Positions 1 to 13,963 are shown, counted from the first letter of the stretch. The stretch: DNA of 64,000 nucleotides from Eledone cirrhosa (GCA_964016885.1 CAXHJY010001750.1:62001-126000), one strand, 5' to 3'. Translations and numbers: made by a program. The notes: generated by a model not told the origin, from the letters alone.

Positions 1-86
1 ACCCATGTGGCCTTCGAGGGACCCTCAGTTTGACATGCCTGCCCTAAAGGGTGAAAGCAGCAATTCTTTGCTTAAACTTTAATCTG

Positions 87-126
<40 letters not shown>

Positions 127-229
127 CATCATCACGTGATATAGGAGACAAAAACAAGGCACATATATTTCTAAACGAAAAGAAGACTCACATCTCACTT
201 GATCCACTAATAATGATGATGATGATGAG

Positions 230-263
<34 letters not shown>

Positions 264-1643
264 AGATATAATGAAATAGCAAAAATGAAATGAAAAAAAA
301 AACATAAAATAAAATAAATGCTGAATATCAACAGTACAGTGTTTATTATTGTTATTTTTATGTGTATTTCTCTTGCTTATGGTGATTATATATATATATA
401 TATATATATACATATATATACATGTATATATTTATCTAATATATGTAAGAGAAAATATGTAAAAGTATGGCAGCAAAATTTATTTACACATACACATACA
501 TGCATGCATACATATATACACATACACTTATACATACATACATACGCACACTCACTCATGCATGCACATACATATTTGAATTGCAGTTCTATAAACACTA
601 CTTCAAAGCAAAAAAAAAAAATAGTAAAATGATAATAATAAAAATAATAATAAAAAAAATAATAATAAAGCTGAATTTAATAATATCTTTTGTTCCGCTC
701 ACCCCTCTTCCTCTGAGGTGCTTCTTCAGAAAAAAAGGAAAATAAAAGGGATGAGAAAGGAAGAGGACATATAGAGAGAGATAGGAGAGGATTGAGGGGG
801 TAGAGAGGATATTTTGTAGTAAGAACCCCGCCAAAACAAAATCTACAACACTTTTTGACTTTCCCTTCAGCAGCATGGATTCTGTTAACATGGAAAATCT
901 TTATTTTTAACGAACCATTGGAATACTTTTCAAAAACAACTTCAATTTGTAGTTTAACTCAAATCCGTTATTTTTTTAACCTCTTGCCTTTATTTTATAT
1001 CAACATTGTGTAGTATTTTCTCTTTTTTAAATCATCTCCATGTAGCATTTTAAAATCCTCTTTAAGTAGTATTTTAAAATCCTTGTGTAGAATTTTAAAA
1101 TCATTTGTGTAGTTTGTGTAGCATTCTTTTTATATCATGTTGTATTTCAAAATCTTTATGTAGGGTTTTAAAATCATCATTTTTTTTTTTTTAAATCATC
1201 ATTATGTTGTATTTTAAAATCATCATTTAAAAAAAAAAATCAGTATGTTGTATTTTAAAATTTATGTAGCATTTTTATATCATCTTTGTGTAGGATTTTT
1301 CTTTTTAAATCAACATTATGTAGCATTTTTTTTTTTTAAATCCTTTTAAAATCATCTTCGCGTAGTGTTTTCTTTTTTATTTTAATCTTTATTTCTGTGT
1401 ACAACCATCAGAAAGAAATCATACAGATTCCAAGAGGGAATAATATTTTTCTCCATCTTCTTGAAAAAAAAACAATATATCAGAAAATCATACAATTCTG
1501 TCATCAGCATCATAATCCTGTCATCACCATCATTATCATTTACATCACCACCGTCTCACCATCGTCATCACTATCACCATCTTCATCACAAAAGAAACTA
1601 AAAAAAAACATACAGCTCATTATATCAGTGGAACTTATTTTTC

Positions 1644-1675
<32 letters not shown>

Positions 1676-2256
1676 TTGTGTATGTGTGTGTGTATGTATA
1701 TATATGTGTGTGTGTGTGTATATATACACTACACATACACACATATAAATATATGTGTGTGTGTGTGTATATGACCCTGACTCAAATCTTGATCCAACCT
1801 CAACTCCAGGCTCTTATTCATCAGATCTGTTTGTTGCTGTGCTTACACCAATCAAGTGTGGGATGAGGGAAGTGGAGGAGGGGGATGGCAGAAAACAAAC
1901 AAAAACGAAAAAGACGTGACACACACACACTCAACAATAGTTTTATATTGTTTGTTTGGCTTTTGTTTTTTTTTGTAAGAGAGAGAGGTGACTGTTTTAT
2001 ATAGTATATCATGTTTAGAGTAAGGAGAGAGAGAAAGAGAAGAGGAAGAGGTTTGTTTCATATATAGTAATTTAACATATAGGATCTTTACATAACATTA
2101 TGAAACCTTCAAAATGTGTGGTTTTGTTTCATAGAACCAGAACCTGCTTTGGATGGGTTGGTATGAAAGGGGTTTAATTAAATGTTTATTGTATGTTTAA
2201 ACAAGCTATAAATTGTAATCAAAGCTATACAAAATAAAATACTACTACAACTAATA

Positions 2257-5200
2257 ATTGTTTCTACTTTTGGCACAAGGCCAGCAATTTGAAGGGCAAG
2301 TGAAAGCCGATTAAATCGACTCCAGTTCGTTACTGGTACTTTATTTTATCAACCCCTGTAAGGATGAAAAGCAAAGTTTAACCTCGGTGGGATTCGAACT
2401 CAAAACGTAAAGGGACGTAAAATACAACTACTACTACTACTACTTCTCATAATAATAATGGTTTTTGATTTAGGCACAAAGCCAGCAATTTGAAGGGAAA
2501 GGGAAAGATCGATTAAACTGACCCCAGCGCATTACTGGTGCTTTATGTTATCAACCCCATAAGGATGAAAGACAAAGCAAACCTTAGCAGATTTGAACTC
2601 AGAACGTGAAAGGATGTAACTATATGCCACAAAGCATGTTGTCCGATGCTCCACTGATACAGCCAATCCACCACACTACTGCTACTACTACTAATAATAA
2701 TAATTTATTGGCTATAAGGAAAGCTGGTGATAAGTTTTTGTGGTCAGACATTTTTTTAATGAAAGTATGTCTGTTGTCACCCCTCATTTGTATTCTGGTG
2801 TGTGTCTAGATGAAATTACATGGTCTGTGCCAGCATGTGTATATGTGTTTGAATTTGAAGATGACCAAGCTAGAAAGCATACATAGATCACATTTTGGAA
2901 AAGAATGCTGGCCCTTTCTCAGATGTGGCTAACCAAATGCACACACAAAAACAATATTGGAAGTACGTTAGGTTATAGTAAACTGCTGCAAACAAAGTCT
3001 CCGCAACTCTGTCCACTTTTTCCACTCCTAGGAGTCGACATGCCAAATTTGTTCGACTGTTTTATAGTCCATCTTGCACTGCAAGCAGCTTACAAAAAAG
3101 CTAACATACTTTCAAAATTCAAATTTGCTCAACACTTCATAAAACGATTATTTCTTTGTTTATATATATAGGGTGTCACAAAAAAAAATGTATACACACT
3201 GCAGCAGTATTCTAAAGTGTGTATACATTTCTTGGAGACACCTTGAATATATATATACATACATACAGGGTGACCCCAAAAAATATATACACACTTCAAC
3301 AGCATTCTAATAAGCGTGTATACGTTTTGGGAGGGGACACACCCTGTATGTATATGTATATATATATATATATATATGGATATTTTAATTTCCTATCCAC
3401 ACGAACACGTTTTTCTCACTGATTAATGAGTTCACTCTGGTTGTTGGGTCTGTATTTTAATGATACAAATTTAATTAAATCATTAAGTGAGTGAGAAAAT
3501 GACCGAGGCTGTGTCGATTCTATTTGACAAGCTTCGTTTTAAATATATATATATATATGTATATATATGTACAGGGAGGGTGTCCAAAAAAATATATACA
3601 CATTTCAACAGCATTCTAATAAATGTGTATACATTTGTGGGGGACATCTGTGTGTATATATGTTTATGTGTGTCATCATCGTTTTACTTCCATTTTTCCA
3701 TGCTTACATCGATTGGACGGGTCTTGGCCAGCACAGCATTCCTTCACTTGTTGCAAGGCTTTAGTCATCTTCTCTGCGAGCATCAGCGATTTGAGATCAG
3801 CCCTCACAACCTCTGACCAGGTCTTTCTTGGTGTCTCTGTGTATGTATGTTTGCATTGATGAGTATATGTATACACGTGTGTTTGAATCTATGTGTGTAT
3901 GTAACTGTTCCACTTCAGAGCAATTTCCACACTGATATGAAGCCCATGGTTTGGCAGGAAGACAATTTTTGTTTACACTAAATGTCATTTTTGTTCATCA
4001 CTTCAAGATATGGAGTTAACAGTAGTTGGAGAGAGAGAATAACACACACACAGGTAGAAGGTGCAATGATAGAATTAGACATACACACAGGGAGAAGGTG
4101 CAATGAGAATTACATATACACACACAAGTAGAATGTACAACAAGAGAGAAAGAAAGAGAGAATTATACACAGCCTACACACGGCTTACACACACACATCG
4201 TATACACATGGAAGAGACAAAAACAAAACGCATATTTCTTTACATATAACACTCCTCAAGCAGCTACTTCTCTCTTTATCTTTCTCTCTCTGAAATGTAT
4301 AGGAGGGGAGAAGAAAAAGCCCGCCCCAATTAACTTTTTAATTAGGCATTACTTTATTAGGTTAGAACTAATTAGTGTTAAGTAACTCACCCAATGACAA
4401 GCCTCTTTATATGTCTGCAAGGGAGACATTACATATCACAAATGCAACATCCCTTTCTAGTTGGTTTCCTGGGGATAGCCACCTCTGTGTGACAATGGTG
4501 ATAATAATGATTTCTACTTTTGGAACAAGGCTAGCAATTTCCCCAGTGCATTACTGGTACTTTATCTTATGAACCCCGTAAGGATGGAAGGCAACGCTAA
4601 CCTCGGCGGGATTTTAACTCAGAATGTAAAGGACCGTAACTCTATGCTGCAAATCATGGTGTCTGATGCTCTACCAATCCACCAACAATAGTGATAATAA
4701 TGGTTTCTGATTTAGGCACAAGGCCAGCAATTTTAGGGGGGCATTGGAAAGTCAATTCAATCAACCTCACTGCATTACTGGTACTTTATTTTATCGACCC
4801 TGTAAGGATGTAAGTATTAATGGTAAAGCTAACCTCGGCAGAGTTTGAACTCAAATTGTAAAGGGACTTAACTATATGCCACAAAGCATCTTGTCTGACA
4901 CTACGGATAATAATAATAATTCTTATCATTAATAATATAATGATTTCTAATTTAGGCACAAAGCCAGCAGTTTGAGAGTAGAAGAAAAGTCGATTATATC
5001 GACACTAGTAATATATTTTATTTACCCCAGAAGAATGAGAAGCAAAGCTGAACTCAGAATGCAAGGATCTTAAACAAATACTGCTACATATTTGTGTGAT
5101 GCTCTTACGACTCAGGCAATCCACCATCATTGATAATAATTGTTTCTACTTTTGGCACAAGGCCAGCAATTACCCCCAGTGCATTACTGGTGCTTTATTT

Positions 5201-6200
5201 CATCGACACTGTAAGGATGAATGGCAAAGTTAACCTCAGTGGGATATGAACTCAGATCGTAAAAGGCTGCCGGAACTCTATGCTATAAAGCATGGTGTCT
5301 GACCCTCTACCGATACTGCCAATCCACCGCCCTAGTAATAATAATAATAATAATTGTTTCTACTTTTGGCACAAGGCCACCAATTATCCAGTACATTACT
5401 GGTACTTTATTGTATCGACCCCCGTAAGGATGAAAGGCAAAGTTGACCTCGGTGGGATTTGAACTCAGATAATAATACAGGCAAAAGGCCTTAAATTTTT
5501 CAGGGTAGGGGAAAGGAACAGACAATAATAATAACACACCAGTATATGACTGGTACTTTATTTTCTGAACCTCAGGAAAAAGGGAGAATATAAAAAAATT
5601 ATAAACAAAGAGAGGAAAAAAAACAGCAGGGGAAAGCAATGAGGGGTGTGCTGGAGCAAAGCAGACCATAATAGGATTTGAACACAAGAAACAAAGAGAT
5701 TTAAAGGAAATAGAGAGGTATTTTGTCCATTGCTCTACTGGTTCTTTCTAAACCCCCAGTACCCCTCAGAAACCCCGCTCTGATTTCTTACATAGGCACA
5801 AGTCTAGAAATTTGGGAGGAGAAGGGTGTGTGTAGTCTTTTGAAATCGAACCTAGAGTACATAGCTAGTACTTACTTATTTCACTTTGCAACTGCCAGCC
5901 CACACATTAGACTGAACAGTTAACTGGGATAATGATGATGAATGAGGATGATGATAATGATAAGAATGGTTTCTACTTTTGACACAAAGGCCAGCAATTT
6001 GAAGGGAAAAGGGAAAAGGAAACTCGACTAAATCGACCCCAGTGTATTACTGGTACTTTATTTTATCGAATCCATAAGGATGAAAGGCAAAGCTAACCTC
6101 GGTAGGATTTGAACTCTGAGTGTAAAGGGTCGTAGCTATATGCTTGCAAAAGCATATAGTTCTCCGAAGCTCTACCGATACTACCAATCCACCACCATAA
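2257..6200 (-). mobile_element. Cluster of about 9 tRNA-derived SINEs with a Meta-like central domain, all minus strand
   Basis: Recurrent reverse complement of ..ggattggcagtatcggtagag..gagttcaaatcccgccgaggttaactttgcctttcatccttacggggtcgataaaataaagtaccag..ggccttgtgccaaaagtagaaacaatt(att)n, with A/B-box-like motifs. Confidence 0.85.
3165..3650. mobile_element. Three short Tc1/mariner-like MITE remnants
   Basis: (ta)cagggtg..aaaaaatatatacacac..cagcattctaat..gtatac..ggacaccctgta units at about 3168, 3264 and 3570. Confidence 0.55.
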
Positions 6201-7719
6201 TAATAATAATAATTGTCAGCCAGAAATTAATATGTGTATGTGTGTTGTTTGATGCATGGTGTGTATATGTGTAGTGTTAGTATGTGATGTGTAAGTCTGA
6301 CGAAACCAACCAAAAAAAATGAAACTTCTAAGTCACTGACAACCTTTCCAAGTAAAAATAAAATCTATACTCTACTCATATGTATTGAGTGCTCTCATTC
6401 AGTCTAAATCCACAGTATTTATATGTATTGTGGTTGGTTATACGTAAAATACACATTAATACACACACATATATATATACTCACATGCTTTTATATATAT
6501 ACACACACATATATATACATAAAGATGTATGTGCGCACATACTTAAATATAGATATATGAATATATATATAATATATATATATACTCACACATACACAAA
6601 CATATATTTATATATACACACACACATGTCAATATATATATATAGACACACACAAATACAAAAATTATAATAAAATAAAAAGAAAATCTTGCTTAAAGAA
6701 CAAATTAAAAAAAAGTGACTGAAGCGTGTTGTGGGGTGGGGGGAGTAGTGGGTGGGAGAATATACAAAGGCATGAGTGGGGTGGAAGGGTTCAATCAAGG
6801 ATGTGGGAGGGGCGATACAGGCTTCAATTGTTTTCATTATAATCCAGGAAGGAGGTGACTGTGGCTTTAGGTTTTTTGTTTTTATTTTAGTTTGTCAAGG
6901 AAACCACATCGGTGGGATATATGGGAGTTTTGGGGGCTGGTGCGATTTGATACATTGTCAGGGAAAGGGTGGGTACTCCTTCTCTAGGAAAATGTCCCAT
7001 TATACATATATACACATATGTATATGGGATGTGTATGTATGTCTGTATATATATATATAGAGAGAGCGAGAGAGAGAGATCTGTGTTAGAGGGTATATAC
7101 ACATATATATATACATATCTGTGTTAGAGGGTATAATATATATATATATATAATATATATGTATGTATTTAGATATTATAAAGAATAAGTGTATGGTTAT
7201 TTAGGTTTTTCCTGTTGCTTTTAGGAGGGTAAGGAAGGAGAGAAGGAGAGAGACTATATATATGCATGTGTGTATATATAATATATATATATGTGTATGT
7301 GTGTGTGTGTGTATATATATACACACACACACATACACATAGTGACCTATACCAGTTAACTGTAGTCCCCTCATCAATAAAAACATTGCATTGGACAAAC
7401 AGACAGACAGACAGGTATGCTAACCAGCTGTCAATCAGTGAAGTCAGTGAGAGAAATATCTTGTGGTGAAGGATTGATGGTGGTGGTGGTGGTGGTGGTC
7501 TTGTTGTTGTTAGTGGTGGCGCAGCAGAAAGAATTTATTTTTTGGAGATTTTTTTTTAGTTTTTTTCATTTTTATATATATTTGTTGCTGCTGCTGTTGT
7601 TGTTGTTGTTCTTTTGGTTTTATTTTTTGTTTTCCTTCCATTCCATTTTTTCTCTTTTTCTTCTTTTTCCTCGGACACCATCTATATCATCAACAGTTAT
7701 AAGTAGAGAGAGAAACAAC

Positions 7720-7890
7720 TCACTGCTGTATTTCACAAACGTATGTGGCTGGAAATAGTCCTTGCAGCCCTCGAGTATTCTCTCCTCTCCACCAGTTTTC
7801 GTCTTTCTTTTCTAAAACTGTGATTATCTCCCCCTTTTGTAGCTGCAACTCTTCGGGGTACTGAGGATCAAAGTCGAACGATGCTTTTAC
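7720..7890 (-). CDS. GRB2: GRB2/drk-like adaptor, last coding exon (C-terminal SH3)
   Basis: Translates VKASFDFDPQYPEELQLQKGEIITVLEKKDENWWRGENTRGLQGLFPATYVCEIQQ*. SH3 motifs (xFDF, ELxL, WWxG, GLFPxxYV). Acceptor tttctgttctccttgcAG at 7891; TGA at 7720-7722. The four exons total 597 nt in one frame. Confidence 0.95.
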   Translation of the reverse strand, partial: VKASFDFDPQYPEELQLQKGEIITVLEKKDENWWRGENTRGLQGLFPATYVCEIQQ

Positions 7891-7919
7891 CTGCAAGGAG
7901 AACAGAAATATATATATAA

Positions 7920-8197
7920 CAGGGATACGTTGTAGTGTGCGGGAGAGAAGACTGCGATGGTATGGACATGTGATGCGCATAGAGGATGACCGCTGGGTAA
8001 AGAAGTACCAAGAAATCCCAGTAGAAGGAAGACAACGAAAAACATTGGCGGAGGTGGTGACAGCAGACCTCAGATCGCTGAAACTCACAGAGGAGATGAT
8101 GAAGAACCGTGACAAGTGGAGAGATGCTGTGCTGAATAGGACCCATCCCACCCTTGCAAGCAGGGAAAAGTGGACGTAAAATGATGATGATGATGAT
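7920..8197 (+). mobile_element. RTE LINE 3' end
   Basis: RERRLRWYGHVMRIEDDRWVKK..DKWR followed by an (ATG)n tail. Confidence 0.85.
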
Positions 8198-9740
8198 ATA
8201 AACAAAGGAAATATTTTTGGAACATGGCAAGCGAAGTTTAGAATTGAAATAGAAATAGAACCTTTACTGTAATATTGACTAAATGATATAGTCTAAGAAT
8301 GGAGCTTATAAAACCTGCTGAACCCATCTTTTTCCAGTCAGTGGGTTTATACACTCTATTGTTAGGTGTGTGTGCACGTGTTATATATATATACACATAG
8401 AGAGAGAGAGAGGAGGATGATGATGATGATATATATGACGGGCTGTTACAGTTTCTGTCTACCAAATTCCCTTCACAAGGCATTGGTCAACTCAAGGCTA
8501 TAGTAGATGACACTTGCCCAGGGTGTCGCATAATGAGACAGAACCCTGAACTAAGTGGCTGTGAAGCAAACTCCTTAACTCCTTAACCAACCAAACCAAA
8601 ACCAGTTCTGGTTCTATGAAATAAAGCCACCCATCTTAAAGGTTTCCACATTAAGTTACTATCTTAGTAATGAAATAATTAATCATTTCAATAAATCCTC
8701 CAAAATTCTTCATTAATTAATTGAAATGAAGTCTATTTCATTAGAAATGCAGTCAAAGGGTTAACCATTCAGCCATGAATGCACCTAAAAAAAAATTCAA
8801 TTTATAGCTCACACCTATTTAGGTTTACCTGGCCACATAGAAAGCTAATTGTGGGTGTTTTAATAAGGGTCTGTAACCTTATCGTGAAAAGTAGTACAAA
8901 ATAAAGTCGCTCAAAGACACAACACACTACAATCATGAGCCAAACACCTAACCACTAAGCAATGCATGTGTGTGTGCTTCATCATCACCTTTTAATGTCT
9001 ATTTTTCCCTGCTAGCATGGGTGAGACAAGTCAGATCAGATATATATATATACATACACATACACAACAAATGCAAGGCCTACACAATCGACAAACATGG
9101 CTGATAATGATGATAGCTAAGGCTGCAGCCGAAGCACTACAAACTTCATTTTAAGGGCCAGGAAATACTTGAATGAGTACTGATATATTGGCGACCCTCT
9201 TCAAATCTCAAGTAAGACTCACAATGGAGTACTTCTGCTACATATGCTACAAACACACACACAGATACATACATATGTGCACAGAAATATATATACACAT
9301 GCACGCACACATTTTCCACAACATTGAAAAGGTTACCTGTCTGATTTGTAAAAAAAAAAATATAATCACCTCATAACAAACTACCTATGCCTTTTTCATT
9401 TGATTTCTGACCAACCACTTTACAGAGTATACAAAATGCATTTTATTGTGACACAAGTAAGGTTGTCATGTCCACTGGGAGGCTAATAAGTACTGTCCAC
9501 TCTATATAATCTCCCCACCCCCACCCCAGAAAAAAAAAAGAATGTTAGTGAGAAAAGGGGGTGGGGTGGGGTGAGAACAATAGTACGGTAGGGGAAGGCA
9601 GGAGGGGACAGTGGTAGCTACTTGGAATTCTCTATTACTGTCTCATCATACATACCACATAGTGACTGAAAGAATGCCATTGACTGTAAGAGGAGAGTGA
9701 AAACTCAGCCTTAAATAAATGACTAATATATATATATATA

Positions 9741-10030
9741 TCATCATCAACGTTTAACGTCCGTGTTCCACGCTTGCATGGGTTTGGACGGGGGTAGTCC
9801 CACTTGAGGCAAGAGTGATTGTCTTGCTCGCATAGGACTGTCTGGCAGGTTTTCTACAGTTGGATGCCCTTCCTACCACCAACCACATTTACAGTGTGGG
9901 TCTGGGAGGTTTTTACCGTGTTGCCTACACGGCCACATTACAGCGTGGACTGTGTGTTTTTTTGTCGTGACACCTACACGATCTCATTTGTTTCGGCCCG
10001 GATGGCGCGGCACCAACATAACTTTACATA
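9741..10030 (-). mobile_element. RTE-tailed non-autonomous retroelement with internal about 42-bp subrepeats (copies 13080-13348, 15430-15735, 16845-17070, 26120-26378, 36445-36845)
   Basis: Shared ccacactgtaaa(g)tggtcgtgtaggtgtcacgacaaaaaa subrepeats, ggaagggcatccagctgtagaaa, and a 3' aacccatgc(t/a)agcgtggaa..gacgttaaa(tga)n tail. Confidence 0.75.
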
Positions 10031-10200
10031 GGACGGGGTGGTGTGGATGGGGTGGGGGGTGGTGGTGGTGGGGCGGGGTGTATTTTGTTAGAGATGCCTA
10101 CTGGCAAGGCGGGTCTTCTCTGTTACTGAGTACCGCCAAAGGTCTCGGTCCAGTGACATATATATATATATCTCTGTGTGTAGCTTATTACTATATATAT

Positions 10201-10232
<32 letters not shown>

Positions 10233-10838
10233 GTACATATACACACACACACAGATGAAGCAACTATGCTGGAACTTTGATTCACTACCACTTTTCTACT
10301 TACAAATATATTTCTACACCCTTGCAAGCAGGGAAAAGTGGACGTAAAATGATGAAAGTGACTCTACTCTTATTTAGTGCTCAATCAGTTCATTTTGTAA
10401 TGTTTTAAATACTTCAGAACTTTAAACACATATTCTAGCATATAAACATAAACACATATACCTATATGCATAATATATATATATATATATCCATGCTAGC
10501 GTGGAAGATAGACGTTAAACGATGATGATGATAATATATATGGAAAAACACGCTTGAGAAAGATGATTATATATATATATACATATATACCATCATCATC
10601 GACCACTTTACGGTGGACATGACAACCTCACTTGCACCACAATAAAATGCACCCTGTACACTCTGTAAAGTGTGTTGTACTAATAATATATATACATACA
10701 TATATGTAGAGGTTATATTTAATTTGTTGGGATACAACAAGCAAAATATTTTTATAACTGATATAAAGCACTCAACAAATTATTGGAGTAAATATACAAT
10801 ATATTAACAAATGGAAACTATATTTATAAAACCATATT

Positions 10839-10904
10839 TATTTCATTATACATATTTCAAGGGCCACCAAAGCAGATTATGGTGCGCTTTCATCAGATAA
10901 AATA
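10839..10904 (-). ncRNA. Type I hammerhead ribozyme (intronic, sense to GRB2-like gene)
   Basis: UAUUUUAU-CUGAUGA-AAGCGCACCA..UGGUGGCCCUU-GAAA-UAUGUA-UA|AUGAAAUA: 8-bp stem I, near-palindromic minimal stem III. Confidence 0.78.
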
Positions 10905-11126
10905 TAATATAGATTAGTTTTTATATGTTTAGTACAGATTAAAGGTTAAAGCAATAAATTTGTGATTTCACACTAAGTGGGATCATCTGAAACTGGGAAA
11001 AATCAATCTGTAGATGCAGGGTGAAAGCAAAAATGTTTTACTTAAACTTTTAATCTGTACTAATAATAAACATTTGCTCTACAGGTTTATATATATATAT
11101 ATAATGTAATAAACAACACAATATAA

Positions 11127-11203
11127 TTATCCCATTACCTAAGGTTTCACAAAGTCAGACGATTCTAACAGAAACGTCTGATTTCGTTCATCAGATGAAA
11201 TAA
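11127..11203 (-). ncRNA. Type I hammerhead ribozyme (intronic, sense to GRB2-like gene)
   Basis: UUAUUUCAU-CUGAUGA-ACGAAAUCAGACG..CGUCUGACUUUGU-GAAA-CC(UUA)GG-UA|AUGGGAUAA: 9-bp stem I, about 12-bp stem II, short stem III, GUA cleavage triplet. Confidence 0.8.
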
Positions 11204-11494
11204 AATAAATAGCTCTGTACAAGAGATAGAGCACTCTTCTTTCCTTTACTTTTTCTATGGAAATACTTAACACACACACAAATATATATATATATATATA
11301 TCATCATCATTATATATATAATGTATGTCTCTCTATATATATATATATATATATAATTTCAAGTGCTACAATATAACATTCTAACCTTGCACGAACAAAC
11401 CAAAGATTTCAAAAAAGTTAATAATAATAATAATAAAAATAATGATAATAATGATAGAGCTAAGTAGGTATTCCAACATGCCACTGTTTATTTC

Positions 11495-11572
<78 letters not shown>

Positions 11573-12114
11573 CTGGCTATCAAAATCAAATGAGTCACCA
11601 ACTATGAAGTGATGGTCATTTGCTGGGTTTTAACTGGACACATGCACACACATGGACCGAGGCACTCACACGGATAGATAGACGCACAGACATACACAGA
11701 CATACAAATACGCACGGATACAGAAGAGTGGAGTTGGGCAAGCTTATAATTTCAAGGAACAAAATAGACATACTACAGCTATTAGAAAAGAGGGAAAGGT
11801 GGTGATGTGGTGATGTGGTGGTGGTAGTAGTGGTGTAGCCATTGCCATTGGTCAGTGGAAAGTGTTGCAATTATCACCTACTTGGAGGAACAACAACAAC
11901 AACAACAACACAGTGCAGCTCTTGTTTCAAAGCTCCACTATACCAGAGACACATACACACACACACACACACAAAACACACATCCTGCTCTACTTTACCT
12001 AGATATATATAATAGCATGTACTACTGCTGCTCACTCACTCACCCCTTATATATATTTACATGCATATATATACATATACGAGCGTGTACACACAAATAT
12101 ATACATACAAATAT

Positions 12115-12147
<33 letters not shown>

Positions 12148-12162
12148 ACATTTATTTATATG

Positions 12163-12212
12163 ACACGCTGAATGAGTTGGGGTGATTAACCCAACGAAAC
12201 TTAAGTACCTGT
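12163..12212 (+). ncRNA. Degenerate hammerhead ribozyme
   Basis: CUGAAUGA (one extra A)-GUUGGG..CCCAAC-GAAA-CUUAAG-UA|CCUGU; perfect 6-bp stem II and palindromic stem III. Confidence 0.55.
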
Positions 12213-12270
12213 ACATATCACTGTGGTAACTAATTATATATATATTTATATATATATAATTAATTTCCCT

Positions 12271-13054
12271 CAGGGAAATGGCCTTGCTCAGTATGTAGGA
12301 AAGGTGTAGGTAGGAACTCCATTCTCTGCCCCAAATGCAAACAATGGGTACACAAGAGATGTAGCGGGATCTCAGGAAGCTTAATTAAGAATGTAGGCTT
12401 CACATGCAGCAGCTGTACTGGGACAGCAAGCAGCAAACAAGTACCACCAATCTCTGGGAGGGCTCTGTAGAGACAGTAGACAGCTTCTGCTACCTAGGTG
12501 ACCGATTTAGCAGCGGAGGTGGGTGTTCAGAAAGTACAATAACTAGGGTAAGAACGGAATGGAAGAAGTTCAGGGAACTACTACCACTGCTAGCTGCAAA
12601 AGGCTTCTCCCTCAAAATGAAAGGCAGACTGTATGATGCATGTATCTGAACAGCAATGTTACATGGTAGTGAGACCTGGGCGCTGAAGGTGGAAGACTTA
12701 CGTAGATTAGAGAGAAACGAAGCCTGCATGCTCCGATGGATGTGTAACAGTAATATACGCGAACGACAAAGCATAAATGAATTGAGAGAGAGACTGAGCA
12801 TAAGAGGAATCAAATGCTGTGTGCAGGAGAGGCGGTTGCATTGGTATGGACATGTGATGCGTATGAAGGATGACAGGTGCAGAGCACTAGAAGCCGATGG
12901 AAACCGCGGAGTGGGGAGACCCAAGATGACCTGGGATGAGGTGATAAAAGCCGACCTTACCCAATTACACCTCTCAAAGGCGATGACACACAACCGTGAC
13001 CTCTGGCGTCACGCAGTAATACAGAGTTCCCGACCTCCCATGGGTACAAGCTGA
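12271..13054 (+). mobile_element. RTE-clade LINE 3' fragment
   Basis: VETVDSFCYLGD, WKKFRELLPLL, MLHGSETW, ERRLHWYGHVMRM, RGVGRPKMTWDEVI; internal stops. Confidence 0.9.
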
Positions 13055-13611
13055 AGCATATAGACAATATGCCCCCACACCCTCCCACTGCAAGGTGGTT
13101 GTGGATGTGTCACGGCAAAAAAGCACCCAGCCCACACTGTAAAGTGGACGTGTAGGCGCCATGAAAAAGCACCCAGCACTCACTGTAAATGAGGTTGGTG
13201 TTAGGAAGGGCATCCAGCTGTAGAAATCAAGCCAAATCAGTTCCTGTATGAGCAAGGCATGGTCAGCCGACCAGACACTGCCCACAACAGGACAACCCGT
13301 CTAACCCATGCTAGCGTGGAAGAACAGACATAAAACGGTGATGATGATATATCTGCCTGTCACAATGTAAAATAAAATATTTTGCTCAAGAACATAACAC
13401 ACTGCTTATCAGTCAATCACACACATATATAATGAATGTTTGACTTTTCCATGATACCATGGATTAGAAGGGATATTTTGAGGCAATGTTTTACAACCTG
13501 ATACCCTTCCTGTCACCAACCCTTTTAGTCAGTTCTCAAGACATACAGTGAATCTCTTCTAAGTCAGATACACACAGACACACACAGTGTGTGTGTGTAT
13601 ATATATATATG

Positions 13612-13930
13612 TTGGAAAATGTGTGATATCCTTGGTACAGTTAGGTATATTTGAAAAAAGGAAAAGAATGACTTCACTTGTAGTTCTAAATAATTTGATT
13701 TAATTTTATAATATTATGAGTTGGTAAGTTCTTTGTCAAACTGAGATTAGTTTGACAATCGCCACCGCCACCAATGAATGCGAGAAAGTTCTCCAGGAAT
13801 CTTTAAAATTCTTCCCACCAAAGTCAACAAAGAACTTACTAGATCTACCAACTCATAATATTATAATATTATAAAATTAAATCAAATTATTTAGAACTAC
13901 AAGTGAAGTCATTCTTTTCCTTTTTTTCAA

Positions 13931-13935
<5 letters not shown>
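13612..13935. mobile_element. Fold-back element with about 90-bp inverted arms in (TA)n
   Basis: Arms 13646-13736 / 13827-13935; an internally deleted hairpin copy at 43245-43410 shares the same flanking tail. Confidence 0.75.

Positions 13936-13963
<28 letters not shown>

Noticed and set aside
4315-4480. Promoter-like cluster (CCGCCC, CCAAT x2, weak X-box)
   Set aside because: No associated exon or ORF found; short motifs alone are insufficient.
12490-12993. 167-aa minus-strand ORF in the last intron
   Set aside because: Antisense shadow of the RTE fragment.
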